Below are positions 25,161-39,582 of a DNA stretch of 64,000 bases, piece after piece. The stretch spans positions 65,536,001-65,600,000 of the forward strand of contig NC_087436.1 of assembly GCF_036321535.1 (NCBI RefSeq). The letters are read 5' to 3'. The stretch's first letter is position 1, and the number at the start of each line of letters is the position of its first letter. The notes beneath the pieces were generated by a model, which saw only the letters and a program-made list of their open reading frames with translations, was not told where the DNA came from and searched no databases. A program made the translations under genes and the position numbers. Source of the stretch: Camelus dromedarius (Eukaryota).

Positions 25161-28100
25161 AATTAGAAAAACAATAAATGTGACAATATTAAGTACGGAA
25201 ATGGCATATTTTTGTGCACAAAATTCTCTGTATGCTCTAGTCTAGCTATTACTTAAAACAACCAGTTGCCTAGCCATTTCTTAAAACATCCAGCCAGCTA
25301 GCTACACAATATGACAAACTAAACGATTAAACAGTGTGCTTACCCATAGGATTTTCCAGTTCAATTTAGAGTGGCCCAAGGAGGGGACTGAATAAAACTA
25401 TTTGCTGGAGACACTTTTACTTGGAAAAAATCTGACTGAATTTCAAATCTAAGCTCTGGCAAAAGCTAGCCACATGTCAGGGCAATTTAGGGAATCTGTT
25501 TTCCTCCTCTCTAAAACTGGTAATGTTAGTAATAGTAATAGTAATAGTTAAACATAGTTATTGAAAGAATTAAATGTGATGAATTTTAAACAATGCTTAG
25601 ATTTACGCTTTGCTTAAAGTAGGCAGAACTCCCTTCCTAAACAGAACTCCCACAGCATGTGGTGAGAGAAGGTACTGCTGTTCCTCACATCCTACCTTTA
25701 GGCAGGTGTTTTATTGACAGGGTGGTTTTATTTGTTTTGAGCTAGAACTTGGAAATTATTAAGAGAACTTTCTATTACCTGAAAGTATGTAAATTTAACC
25801 TCACCAGAGAAAGAAGTATAAATTCTATTGAATGTAAAGCTTGACAAGTTAAAATAAATCAATTTAACTTAAAAGACAGCTTTATAAAATTATGATATCA
25901 ATATTTCCAAATTGTTAAAACCAAAAGAAGACATTACCCAATCTGTTTATCTGTAGATATGTATCATTCAAAAGTGTCAATCAGGGCATGAAATATATCC
26001 AGTTACAAAAGATGATATAGTATTGTGAAAAAATAAAGCTTATTATTTTCTTGCATTATTGTTTAAAATAAGAAATTAAAATTTGCCTCTTTTAACTGTA
26101 AAAAGAACATCATAATGAATTTGTAATTTATTAAATGATACCTAATATTTCAGTCCTTGGTATTAAGAACCTAACTACTGAAGCTCAAGAGAACTATAAA
26201 TTTGCCTCAAAAGACAGTACAAAATTTAAAGTTACTTGTTAATTTGAATTTCTCATTTTACTAAATAATGTAAGGGAAAGTGAGCCATTGTAACTAGGAC
26301 AACATCTGAATTACATTAAGTGCTGGTACAATATATGGCCATGGAAGGCACTCAGAAATGATTTGAGACTATTTCAAATTCATATATATATATGTTAAAT
26401 GATACTATGTCCAAGACACTGTATTAGACAGTACGGAGTACATGAAGAGGAAGAGATAAATTGCTTGTTATCAAGGAGTATATCCAAGGAGGGCATAAGC
26501 ATTGTCTGTTCTTCTTTAACCTTTCAATCAATAAATAGACGTTCTTAGAGAACAAATACAGTAAGTTTCAACTGATAGAAGATGTACTAAAGAAGTCCTG
26601 AGATTCTTGAGACATTTAGGGAAAAATTCTTCCTTCAATGTAAGTGATGAATGGAGAAGGAAAAGAGACTGAATAAAACATGCTTTAAACCTAAATTTAA
26701 AATGCATTACTTAAACAACAATAAACCTGATCATTGTTGAAACTTTCCATTTAGGTCATGCATCTTGTTCTCTTTTAAGCAAGCATTCTATTATTTTTTT
26801 CCCCTACATCAAATATAGTTAATAATAGTCTGTAACATATGGATAGTTAATTGGGCCAAATGGTGGTGGCAGTGATAAGCTTAACAGAATACGGTGTGAT
26901 TATAAAACAGTTTTAGACTTGATTTAGCATTTTGTTTCCTGACTTGTGAGTAGGGTAAAAAAAGGTGCATTTAATATTTTTTAACAAATAAAAGCTAGAG
27001 CAGATTATTTTCATCTTCCTAAGTTTTAATTTTTTTTCATAAAGTTATTCAATTTTTGGTGGTTTCTGACTTCAAGACTCTAAGAATAAAGATTTAGAAT
27101 CAATGGAAATGTCAGGACTCATGACAATGCAATTAACTATAAGATTGTTAACTCACCTTTGGTTTCAAAACAATGCTTTAATATGAGATTTTATCCTTGT
27201 TCTTTATGTAGTAAATACTATTGTTTTACCTACTACTATCACTTAGTGAACTTTTTCATTAATATCAGAATGTCATATTGTATTGCCAATACAAATATAT
27301 TTGCTATGTTTTTGAATTTCCTCAGCAAAATGTGATAAAGAACAGAAACTCAGTTTCCAATTATTGATACCAAGAATGCTAAAATGTATCTAGTGTTTGA
27401 ATGCAGTTCCCAGGAAGGTATAATCACAACACTTGTGCATTCTGAAATGCTTTGCACTCAAGCTTTGATAATAATCTCTAAGGCATAAAACAGTCACTGT
27501 CACTTAGGATATCATTGGCATTAAACGAAACTTTCACTCAACTAGCAGCACATTTTGCAAAATCTCTATTGCTCATAAAACATGATATAAATTTATATTA
27601 CAAAGCAATGCTGAATTTGAAATTATTTATTCAGATCTACTTTTTATTAAAAAAAATTATATGTAAATAACATAGAAAACTTTAAAATGTGTTTGTAAAT
27701 ATTGACATAATTTCTCAATATTTTCAAGTGTTTATTGGCCTTATCAATGGTTAAGGTTTTGACAGGCTTGATTACAAGCATGTATTTTACCACTTGCAAA
27801 TTGAGGTATTAATATTTTTTGTGGTTTGAAGGTTTTAAATTTTTAATTATTATTTTGCCATGTATACCTATATTTTAAAATGCTGAAATATTTTTAACTG
27901 TCAGTTGTTACTTATGTCAAGATGATTAAATGTCTTCATTATTTGACAAGTTAAGTATTTCAATAATCTTCCAACATGCTATCAAAAATCTTCATTTACT
28001 ATATAAAATGTATCCAAATCCAAAATAAATAAATCCAAATTGTGGCTTTTAAAAAATGACTTAATTGTTAAAGGCTTTTTCAATGTGAATTAACTGAGAC

Positions 28101-28479
28101 TATCAATATGAACTAGACATTTAAAGATATTCAGCTAATTTTAATCTTTTTTTCCAAATAATTTGTTTTTAAATAAAAACTTCAGCTTTTAACTTTTATC
28201 AAAGACAAGAGCATAAAAGAAAACACTTGGTCATTTAGAGTGTAGAGTAAGAATTGAAACTCGTAAAAATAGCTTTATGATATTTCTCTTGACATCTTAA
28301 ATGTTATTTTAATTTGGTCATCACAATTAATGTAAAATAAATTTAAATTAATAATAATAATACTGGAGAGAAAATTTTCAGTTTGATTTTTAAATTTATT
28401 TAGGGCCCTGGATGGAAAACTGGGTAATAATTATTGAGTGCCTTCCAAACCCTCAGATCTAGTTGTAAATATCTTGATA

Positions 28480-29500
28480 TAAATACATAGCTTCAGAATT
28501 GACCACTCACATAAGTTTCAGAATGCCTGACTGATATATCTCCTCATTTTATTTATAGGGTTCTAAAATTAGTATTTCCAAATCTGAATTCTTTATTCAG
28601 TGCTGCTAAACCTATTTTCCTCCTAGTTGTCAATACCTCTAAAAATGACCATGATTTACTCAACATTTAATCAATACTTGATTATACCCATTCCCTTTTG
28701 CCACATGAATAAGGCATCCGTAAATCTTGTCTTCTTTTCAAATTATAATGCACTTAACTCTATTGATTTATTTTTTTAATAACCTAGTCAAAGACACAAT
28801 CATGTTTCACCTAACAATGGCAATAGTTACTGATTCCTTTCCACATTTGCTCATCCAAAAATCATTCCCTCCAGAGTAGTCTCTCTATAACTTTAGAGAT
28901 CATAGGGTCCACATGAGTCCTCACTATCTAAATAAAATTTAAAACCCTAATTTGGCTTAGGATGACCCTCATTATATCACTTCTTTAAAAATCTATTCTT
29001 ATTTATTATCAGTGCTTAGTGAGAATAAAATGTGGGAGGTAAAGGGTAGAATTATGAGACAACTAGGAAAGGGATTATAATAATCATTGTGAGAGATGAT
29101 AGTGAACTGAACTAAGATGATAGCAGTGAAGGTGGTGAAAAATGGTCATATTCTTATACTGTGAAAGAAGTGCCAACAGGTTTCCCTAGTTGATTGGAAT
29201 TAAGGTAAGAAATAATAAAAGACATCAAGAATGACTTACAAATTTCATCCAGAAAAAAATGGGTTTGCAATTTGCTGACATGGGCAAAATTATAGCAGAA
29301 CCTAAACTGAAGGTAGTGTTGCAAAGATTAGGCGTTTCTTTTAACACATAATTTTGAGAAGCCTATCCAACATCCAAATGTAGATGTCAAAGAACCATTT
29401 GAATAAATGAACTTCTAGTTCAAAGAAGAGATGTATAATGTAAAGATGAGAGTTGTCTACATAGAAATGGTATTGAAAACGGGATAGATCACCAAAAGTC
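28480..29500. mobile_element. Two L2 fragments (plus ~28480-28960, minus ~29010-29500)
   Basis: 'ttctaaaattagtatttccaaatctgaattc' (plus); 'gagagatgatagtgaactgaactaagatgatagcagtgaaggtggtgaaaaatggtca', 'ttttgagaagcctatccaacatccaaatgtagatgtca' (minus). Confidence 0.7.
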
Positions 29501-29503
29501 AGT

Positions 29504-29761
29504 TGTTATGGACTGAATGTGTCTCCTCAAAATTCACCTGATGAAATCTTAACCCTCCAAAGTAACAGTATTAGCAAGTGGGGCTGGTGGGAGGTTCTTA
29601 GATCATGAGGATGGAGCCTCCATAAATGGGACTAATGCTCTTATGAAAAGGGACCCAGAAAGTTCTCGCCCCCCTTCCCCCACCTCATGTGACAACACAA
29701 CAAGAAGTCAGCAGTCTGCAACCTGGAAGAGGGCTCTCACCAGAACCTGACCATGCTTGGG
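29504..29761 (+). mobile_element. MaLR LTR 5' part (MLT1A-like), 3'-truncated
   Basis: 'tgttatggactgaatgtgtctcctcaaaattca...gatcatgaggatggagcc...ggaagagggctctcaccagaacctgaccatgct'. Confidence 0.85.
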
Positions 29762-31328
29762 CTATAAGAAATCTTCATTCAAAACACAGCTCTACTAAAT
29801 ATTACCTTCATAAAATTGATCAAATCCTGATTTCTCCCTTTTTTAGTGTCCTGAAGCATAACAACTATATAATATTCATCTTATAGACTGAAACAAACAT
29901 AATACCACTTTTCAATCAACAGTATGGATTACTAAAACTGAAATGTGTCAGCATATCAAAGATAAAATTTAATGAATACATTTTAGGGGAATATATAAAA
30001 AAAATTATTCATCATTACAAACTACTGCCTACTTAGAAACACACTATTTACCCAACTTTAGAAAATATTATAAATAATATGTATGTGTTATATGCATATA
30101 TATGTATTATATGTATATAACCATGTTATAAAACTATTTTAACTTTTCCACCTGAGTATAGAGTTGATGGTCACCATTTTTTTTTAAGTCAATAAGTTGG
30201 TGAGTAATGGAATAATTGAATACAAATAAGCTTGACTAGTTCCATGATGGCAATTTCAAATTATGGGAAAAAAGAGAACTTCATTTGCCTATTAATATAT
30301 TTTCTCTCCCTGGATTCATATGACATGTTCCAATACGTTTTGGAACTTCATTTAGAAATGGAAAATTACCCTGTACCATCCAGCAGCTTCTGTAAATCAC
30401 ACATATCAGAAATATGAATGGGTATATACAGTTTATAAAACTGAAAATGTGACCTGGCTTCTACCCCATCTCAAAGCGAGACTAATACTAATAGCAACTT
30501 CATGTTCAAAAAGTCATAGTTAGGTTTCTATGGGCATATATTATATTGTATCATGTCATACCGTATCATACCATCACATAATGAGCCCTCAATAACTGTT
30601 AACTACTACTACTATTTCTTTTTATTATTGTGGCTCTAGTTCCTTTGTGGCTTACAGAAACAAATAGGATCTGGGTGGGTAGGTGGTTATTTCACTGCAA
30701 CTGTGGAAGGCTAGTAGTCTTTAAAAATACATATATCATCACCGTGATGTAAATGATAATTTTACAAGCCTGTATCACTTAAGCACAACATATTATACTG
30801 TTATTCTTGATGTTCATACACACTCCTGCCTTTCCCTAGTTTACTACCTTCCCTCTACCTACCCTTCAACTATCTTTTTTCTTCCTGTCACTTCTCTGAA
30901 GACAGCGCGGTTTTCATCAAAGGACTGACTAGAATCTTCTCAAGGATAAAATTAAATTCTAATTTCCTAATAGAGGATTTAAGGGCTCAGAAAATATTTG
31001 TTTAATAAGTGAATTTAGCTCCATATTTTAAGGGCATATTGCATACATTTCATTCAAATGAGCTGAGGAGGAGACAAGGATCTATTTGGGAACTAGTTCT
31101 TGATGATGTAAGGATACTGAATGGTATTTATTACATACTGTAGGTGGAATAAGGGTGTGGAGAAGCACAGCTAGGGAGGAAAAATAAAATAATTTAAAAA
31201 AAGACAAACAGTGGACCCATAACATCTTAATGAAAACACATGTAAGAGCAACAGGCTGCAAAATTCTAGGCTTTCTGATTCAAGAAGGTGGCACTGATAT
31301 GCAATTTACAGAAGAGCAACAATGAAAG

Positions 31329-31400
31329 TCTTTCTTTCTCTTTCTCTCTCTCTCTCTCTTCCTTCCTTCCTTCCTTTCTTTTTTTTCTTTTCTTTTTTCT
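31329..31400. repeat. Compound pyrimidine microsatellite (CT)n/(CTTC)n/T-rich
   Basis: Seen directly. Confidence 0.9.
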
Positions 31401-31757
31401 TAAATTGGGAATGTCAGTTCTCTGTGAGGTAAGGTAATTAACAAGTACGCTTGAGAAACAAGGATCACAATCATGCATCAAGAAAGCAGATTTAGTTAGT
31501 CTGGTTTATCCAGAGGTCCCTGGGTCCAGAATGTGGGCTCAATGTGAACCAAACTCAATGTGAAACAGAGCTGGATTGAAATGACAAATATCAGACAAGA
31601 CACAGGCATTGGCAAGGAGGCAAAAGTTAATCCCTGGCAAATCTGTCCTTAGAAGTTTGAATTCCATCCACTGACAAGGTCTTTTCTTTGGTCCCCAATA
31701 CTGTAGTAGCACAATACTATATTGAAATTCCTCCTTAGTATCAAGAATTGTGAATAG

Positions 31758-32212
31758 TGTAGGATTTCATCTACTTGTAAGTTTACAACCTAGCTAGTTA
31801 CTGCTTCATGGATACCAGCAGAAGTCACAAGACTCCTGAGTCAGAGACAAAGGACTTTACTACTCATGGTAAAAGCAACAGTCAGAGCTTCATATTTGTT
31901 TGTGTCAGTTCCCTTTTCCCCCAACCCCCACAGGGCTCAATCAAAGGGCCTGTGAAGAATGCCTCCACAGGCAGCGGGTTACACTATAGGAAAGGACCAC
32001 TGCACTGAGGGATTCCCGATTTTACACTGAGGTAGAACCAAGCTTGCTGTCTGTGGAGGGGAAGACATGACCCCATCCCTAAAGGTTGCTTATTACAAAC
32101 ATAACACTGAAAAATGGTCCAGTTAATGAGCAGTAAAGGCTCTGCATTCTTGGCAGAGTCAGCAAAAACTTGCAGGAAATTTGAGTCTATGGGGAACTGC
32201 CTCTACAGACAC
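31758..32212 (-). mobile_element. ERVL-class solo LTR (MER54/MER73/MER74-like)
   Basis: 'ttcatggataccagcagaagtcacaagactcctgagtcagagacaaaggactttactactcatgg' resembles this LTR group. Confidence 0.65.
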
Positions 32213-33637
32213 TGAACAGCTATTGATATAGCCTGTCAGGCGCAGTGCCAACTCAAGCCAAGACAAAGAAAGCTAAGATTGACTGAAAGAAGTGCAGACT
32301 GACAAAGATTAGGTTTGAATCTCCTTGAATTACCACTGAGAGGGAGAAAAGTGATTGTACTCTCAAGCTATTTCACTATATAAATAATGAGGGAGACAGT
32401 AGGTATGGCATCTTATTCATATATGTCATTTGCTATTAACATACTTGGGAAACCAAGAAAAATACACTATATTCAAAATTCTTAGTCTCTGTATAGAGAT
32501 ATAAACATTTAAAAAATATTATAAATCTTCCTCAGATGCTTTTTTAACTTTGTTTCAAAAGCACTTTTGGAAAACCTGGGAATTAACTTCCACATAGCAG
32601 ATCAAAACCTAAAGCATTTCAAAATGACTAATAGCTTTTTCATACTATAACAGAATATCTGAAAGCATTTAGTCCAACATATTTTTGTAATACTATTCAC
32701 TAGTAAAAAATGCCAGTAAGTTCTTTTTAGAGAAATACTGAAATTTTACGCAAATAAATTAGCATTCCATGCTCTGTACTTAATTGTCAGGATCAACTTT
32801 TAAACAAGTTTCTAAACTGGTCAATCTAACTTCTCTAATTTAAAGTTAATTTAAATTTAAAACATAAACTGTTCCACAAATAAGAACTGAGAAGCAGTAA
32901 GCTTTTCCTTACTATTCTCACATAAAAAGTAGCAGAAAATGTAAGAAACTGAATACGACAGATACTGTTTAAACAGAACCATTACATTGTTAAATTTTTA
33001 TGTTGAACAAAATATTTATAATAAGCATTATGAAGAAATGTTTAAATTTTAATTTTAGATTTAATTTTTTAAAATATTTATCTTTTTTGGATGAAACCCA
33101 GCAGATAAGCTAAATGTTTATTATTAGCCATATGATGTGCAAGTATTCTAAAGAAAGTTTCAGGCAAAAAGGAAAGAAAATGTTCTTAATATAGTTTTTC
33201 TATTACTTTTCATTAATCAATAATAGAAAAGGAAATGACACTTAGATTTTACAACTTAGATGAACATAATAACTACCTAGACTTTTTTTTAAATAAAGTT
33301 TTAAAGAAAGTGAAGTAAAATTTTTTACTTTGGCAAAATCAATAGGTAAGAGAAAAAAGAATGTATAAATGCATTATTTATTAACTTTATGCTATAAAAA
33401 TTAATAATATCAATTAAATAATTTGGGGTTTGATGTTTCACATGATGCAAATACTCTTGTCAACATTATATTATTTTAAAATTATAACACTTATAGAACA
33501 TATTTGCCTGACCATCACTTCCTCCTCTTATTTTAGTAAAGAATTTGTCCATCCATTGTGGGAATCTTTTGTCTGTGAATCTATTGGAAATTTTGTCTAA
33601 TAATTGGATACAAATATAGTCATGTAGCCAGGGTAAA

Positions 33638-33900
33638 GTGTAGTCATTTTTAGTTGCTTGTTTAAGCCACAAACTTAAGGGCTTACAACAACACAAATTT
33701 GTTATCTTAACTGTTCTGTAAGTCAGTAGTCAACAATAACGCTCACTGGGTTGAAATCAAAGTGTTGGCAAGGTGGGTCTAGGTCTCTGGTGGCCCTAGT
33801 GGAGAATCTGTTCCCTTGTCTTTCGTACCCATTAAAGACTATTCACCGTTCTTTACTCATGGCCCCTTCCTCCACCTTCAAAGTCAGGAAGAGTAGGTTG
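33638..33900 (-). mobile_element. MLT1 LTR fragment
   Basis: 'ccacaaacttaagggcttacaacaacacaaatttgttatctt...ggagaatctgttcccttgtcttt...catggccccttcctccaccttcaaag'. Confidence 0.8.
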
Positions 33901-33911
33901 GAATTTTTTAA

Positions 33912-34115
33912 CTGCTTTTTTGAAATATAATCTATATACCATAAAACTCATCCATTTAAAGTGTACAATTCAATGATTTTTAGAACATTCACAGATACCT
34001 GTATCATCATCATGATCAATTTTAGAACATTTTCATCAACCCAAAAAGAAATCCTACATCCTTTATTACTTCTCTTATCCCCCCCACCCCCATCCCTAAG
34101 CAATTGCAGTGATTT
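33912..34115 (-). mobile_element. L1MB-like 3' end
   Basis: 'taccataaaactcatccatttaaagtgtacaattcaatg...ttttagaacattttcatcaacccaaaaagaaa'. Confidence 0.85.
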
Positions 34116-35859
34116 TGCTATTTTATATTGAGACATATACTCTTTCTTAAGTCATTCAATTACAAATGATTTCTTTCACATATTTGAGGTAGATTGCACA
34201 AACAAGTTTGGATGCAAAGCTGCTGGTAATCAAAGGAAAAATAATCTGTGCTCTTTGTTCAAATATTCATTTAAGATTTATAGATTGTGAAATCACCACC
34301 CATTCTATACAGGGTAAAAAATGATTAGCAAGACAAAACTATTTTAAAATAACTCATCTAGTTTCAAATACAATTTGCAGAGGAAGCAAGAGACTTTTTA
34401 GTGGGAAGTCAGAGCTGCTCATTAGTTTACAAAAGGCTTCAATGACTGAAAACTCTATGCTCAATGTAAAGTACTTCAGAAGCACAGAAATACCTCATTT
34501 CTTCGTAACTACACCTAGCTTATTTGATAAAGCAGTTAAGGGAGTCCAACACCTACATAAGGCACTCTTTAAAATTTTTATTTTAGATTTCTGAAAACTA
34601 TGAAATAAAATTATTTGAGCGTGAAAGAACATTTTTATACTGTATGTTAAATTTTGATACAGTATTTAACAAATAAAAATATGTGTTATATAAAATAATT
34701 CCACATTGTTCCCAGTTTGGAACTGGGAGGAAACGTAGTCAGCTTGACAGGGCTCTGCTTATTGTTTGTTGATAGCTCAGGCACTGAATTCTGCTTATTT
34801 CTGAAGACTGGACTTAAAAATTCTTAGGACTGTATGCAGCAATTAGCCAATATGCCGATATTCATTAAGAAATATGACTCATACTCAGAAGTACATGACT
34901 TGAAGGTCTTTCTGTGTACTTCTTTGTATGAATTTGTAGGAGACATGACTGGGCTTTAGTAGAGTGACACAGCATTGACTTGAATAAGCTGCTCTATGTC
35001 AGTCACCTCATGATTTAATTAAATTTTAAAAACTAAGCTAATGATATATATGTGTGCTACTGGGTAAGGCACTAAACAAAAATCTAATAAAAACCCTGTT
35101 CTCTGAAGCTTATCATATAACTTTAAAAAATGAAGAAATCATTGTCAATACTTGGCCAAATATAAATCTTATTAAAAAGAAAAACCTAAACATATGCTTG
35201 ACAACATGTAAGTTTTTTTCAGCCATTGAAAAACTGGCTTAGCATTTCTCTGGTTTAACATTGTTAAGGGTTTGATGATCAGCAACTACTTCTAAAGCAC
35301 AAACACTAAAGCCTCAGATAACATCTAAATCCTGTAGTCAAAAAAGACCAGTCTTCATGACGAATCTCTTCTTTCCCTTAATTGATAAACTGTATTCTTT
35401 CTTGAGGTCTCTACATACCAGACTGTTTGGTGTTTCCCCAGTAACCTGTTTCCCTCCTAAAACATACCCGAATACTTTCCTACTTAGGTCTTGCTGACTT
35501 TTACTCAGCAATCACTTCACATGAAACTTCTCTTTAGGAAGACTGGTTAAATGACTTTATTAATGTGTTTCCACATGTTCTACTCAGTATTTCATCACAA
35601 ACTTGGGATTCAATATAGCATTTACCTGCAACTATTACATTCTTCCCTATGCTTCTGGAAATCAAGAATATACTTTTTCAACATTGTATACCCCAGGTCT
35701 TGCAAAATTCCCAGAAAAAGTAGTTGCCTAATAAATATTTTTGAAAAATATTCACAATTAAATGAATGATGGAGAAATGAATTCCAAATTAACACTATAA
35801 TTTAGAGTTTCATTACTGGGACCTACAAAATCATACATCTTGGAGGATGGTGGAAACAA

Positions 35860-36330
35860 AAAGTGCCCACTGAACTGAGAAAGTATATTGAGACTGGAAA
35901 ACAAGTCAGGCAGCTCTACATAATTGATGGATCCATTTACGATAGGGTAATATACTCACAGGGCAGGATGGGGGTGGGGGTGGACAACAATCGAGAAGCA
36001 TCCACAGCTGCATTCTGCACCACTGAGGGGCTACCGGGACAATTTTATAGTTAACCTAGGGTGTGGGGGGGTACATGCTTACAAACAGGAAATGCATTCC
36101 TAAGTCAATATTTATAAATGGGTAATTCAACTCATGGGAGCCAGGAATACATCAGAGAAGGTCTCATCATTGTTTGGAGACTAACAGAGCAAAGAGGCCA
36201 TCTGGAACTAACTATCATCAAATAATATTAACTACAAAGCCCTTGACGACAGAGAAGAGATTTACTACACAGCACAACCCTAGGTAGGGTCAGTGAAAGG
36301 ACAGTAGGAACTGAATGGGCCTAAGATGGT
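35860..36330. mobile_element. Probable LTR remnant (family uncertain)
   Basis: Discrete GC-richer ~450-bp block in AT-rich flanks. Confidence 0.35.
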
Positions 36331-38238
36331 GTCAGTTGTGCTAACAGCCTACACATATGTCTCATTATTACAGTTTTATTATTTTATTTCCAATTTATCC
36401 CAATTAAACATGTAAAAATCCTAAAATGATAGATTAGTAAATTTCCTTGTGTATTTAGGCAATAAATTTTAAATTTCCATATTTCTTCTATTTTTAGGTA
36501 TAAGAAATGGACAATTTATGTCCGTAATTTTATCTCATACCCAGGCATTTCTTCTGGCTGTTTGTTATCTAAACCCTTTTATTCTCTTAAAATTAACTCA
36601 CAAACTGTACTGAAAAATTTGATGTCAAGATCAAACAAATTACTCCCCCAACTGAAGTGGAATTATCTAGTATTTAGTCTCAGACATTATTGTAAAAGAC
36701 AAACCACTCAGGTAGAAATAATTAATTAACACATGACTTTTATACAACTTGTCAGCTAACATTTGATAAATGACAAAAGCTTTAAATATAAAAGTAGCTA
36801 GAATAATTTTTAGTTTTACAACTTAGTTTTACAATATATTTGTAGATATATGTGCAACTGCCACAAGATATTTTAATGCACTACATTTAATAATAAATTA
36901 GAAAAGAATGTACAAAACTTTTTTATACTTACTTAAATAGGTGTTTTGTTTTTAGAGTTGATTAATTATTTTCCCTTTGAGTCATTAGTTACCAGTGAAC
37001 TTGTACTGTATGAAACTTGTACTGCATCTTTTCATTAAAAGCATCAATTGTATTTCTTTGTGTTCTATATATTCTGTCTTTATAAATTTTGGTCTTCAGA
37101 CTAGTAGTTCTCTGTAATTCTATTTTCTTTGTTTCCAAAGATGTTGTCTCCTTTGATATCACCTGTCTTAGCCACTGTTTTAATTTTTTACTAGATGTAT
37201 TGTTGTCTAAGGTGAAATTTTACTTTTGATCCATATTCATTTACATGTAATTCTAGATCTTACAGAAACATTGATAATCTCAAAGGAAAAATAACCAGAA
37301 AATCTACCAAGTAAATGGACTACTATTTAGAGAAGATTTTTATATAGTATAACTGTTCTCCCATGACTAATATTGTTGTGTTAAATATTTGAAAACTTCA
37401 TTCAGATTTTACAAAGAATTTCTCAGATAATCAGAAAGTTAATTAAACAGTTGTTCTATTAATATAAAATGGATTTCTAGAAAGCATTTTCCAAATAAAC
37501 TTTTCATATTTATGGTTTACATTTAATCTGTACTTGTTATCATTTATAGCTTCCAATATTTCCTTTTGGTATTTTTTTCCTCTAAATGACTTGAATCAAT
37601 TAAAAAGTATATCTGGGTTAAATAACATTTCCTTGCTTCTAGTGATTGACATGTTATTAACATCAAGTTTAAGATACAGGTGAAAGTCCTCTTCTCAATG
37701 TAGTCTCTAAAGTTTAAGATTATAACATATTTTATGTATATATGTATAAGCAAATATAATTATAAATTAATTATAACAACACATCTAGAATATGGGTTTA
37801 AAATAGGGTTTACATATTTTGATAAAATTGTTATGTTGTTTGATGCCAGAGTGACAATGTAACAGAAGTAGATTGTCAAAAATAGCTTCATGAAGATGCA
37901 AATATCTTGGAATAGGTTTAAAAATAAAGTTTGCTTTAGAAGAGAAGTGACTGATAGACAAAGAAAAGAAGAATGAGGCTGATGAAAATAAAAGGCTTGA
38001 CATTCAATCTTTTCACACACATTTGAGTACACTCTTCTGGACACTATGAAAAACATTATTAAATCAAACACAAGGTCAATGCCCAAGGAATATAATAGTA
38101 AATAGAATGTAGAATGGAAGTAAGATCATGAAGTTGACATTCAGCTGGTTCACATGTACACATACCTCAACACTCAATAAAAAAAAAAAAAAAAAGACTC
38201 TCACACCAGAAAAGCTTTCTTCAACCTCCTAAAGTTAA

Positions 38239-38711
38239 TGTAATGCCCCTCATAAGATTTCCCACAAAATCTTGTGTAGAGTATCAGGCCCTCAAGCCCC
38301 ATCCAGATCCACTCCAGCTGTGTGTGCCATCCCACCCCCACCTAAGAAGCATCTGCAACCTTCAGAGTTTTGTCCTTTGGCGCGGCACCATTTTGCTGCT
38401 CCAGAGAAGGCTGCAAGTGTCTGGTTCTCTGTCCTTGCACTGTTGCATTATCTTCCCCACATTCCGGGTGACCAGTGGTCTATGACTGTTGTGGGAGTAC
38501 GAAAGCCCAGCTCTTGACTTTAGTTGAGACATAAACTTCAGCACTCCTCCTGAGATTAGGTTGCTTCTGGGACTTTAACTTGAACCCAACCCTTGCTAAA
38601 TTTCTTCCCCACACTCTTTCTGGCTCCTCCTGCAAGTTCTTCCTAAATAAATCACATGCACCTGGATGTCCAGCTTATGGTGTGCTTATCAGAGAACCTC
38701 ACCTAAGACCC
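38239..38711 (+). mobile_element. ERVL-class solo LTR
   Basis: Starts 'tgtaatg'; AATAAA then 'tcacatgcac...gagaacctcacctaagac', the typical ERVL-LTR 3' end. Confidence 0.7.
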
Positions 38712-38825
38712 ACATGCTTCATTTTACCTATCAAACATCATTGTATAAGCTGTTTACTGATTATTTGGGGACCATGTACTCTTCATCTTTGTGCTTCCTA
38801 AGTATGACACAAAATAGTAAATTTA

Positions 38826-39244
38826 ACTCTATCGGTTTGCCTATGCTGCCATAACAGAATGCTACAAACTCAGTGGCTTTGGGTAACAGAAATTCATTAT
38901 CTCACAGTCTGGAGGCCAGAAGTTAAAAACTAAGGTCTCAGTGGGATTATGCTCCCTCAGAAGGTAGCAGAGAAAGATCTATTCCAGGACTCTCTCCTAG
39001 CTACTGGCAGTATAACTTCAACCTTCACGTGGTGTTCTCTTGAATATGTCTGTATCTTCACACGGCATTCTTTTTACTAGAACACCAAAAAAGTTGGACT
39101 ATGAGCCCACATCACTCTAGTATGAATTCATCTTAACTAACTACATTAACAATGACTTGATTTCCAAATAAGATCACATTCTGAGGTACTGGGGGTTAGA
39201 ATTTCAGCATATGAATTTTTCAGGGCCCAATTCAACCAATAACA
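38826..39244 (-). mobile_element. MaLR solo LTR (MLT1B-like)
   Basis: 'gctgccataacagaat...ctggaggccagaag...tttccaaataagatcacattctgaggtactgggggttaga...caattcaaccaataaca'. Confidence 0.9.
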
Positions 39245-39582
39245 CTATTTAATACCATTTGACTAAATACAATAGAATTCAAAATTTGTTGAACATAATA
39301 CAAAATACTTTAAAAGAAATTTTAAAAATTATATCTCATTTATATATGCTTGTTCTATGTCAGACACTAATCTCAGCCAACCATATGAATTACTTTATTT
39401 AATCTTTATAAAAGATGAAAAACCAAGGGAACAGAGAGATTAAATGACCTTTATTTAATCTGTGTTCTTAATCTGCAATGTTCACCACTGACCCATGAAG
39501 AAGACAATCTCACAATATTATAATGACTGTGGAAGCATCAGAATTTAATAAATACTAATATGCTTCAGGTGCTTTATATACC

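Noticed and set aside
24734..25162. 142-aa ORF, the longest in the track
   Set aside because: Coincides with an LTR-like block; non-ATG start; no recognisable protein similarity
38176..38195. AATAAA merged with an A run, as a possible retrocopy tail
   Set aside because: No recognisable upstream transcript or TSD
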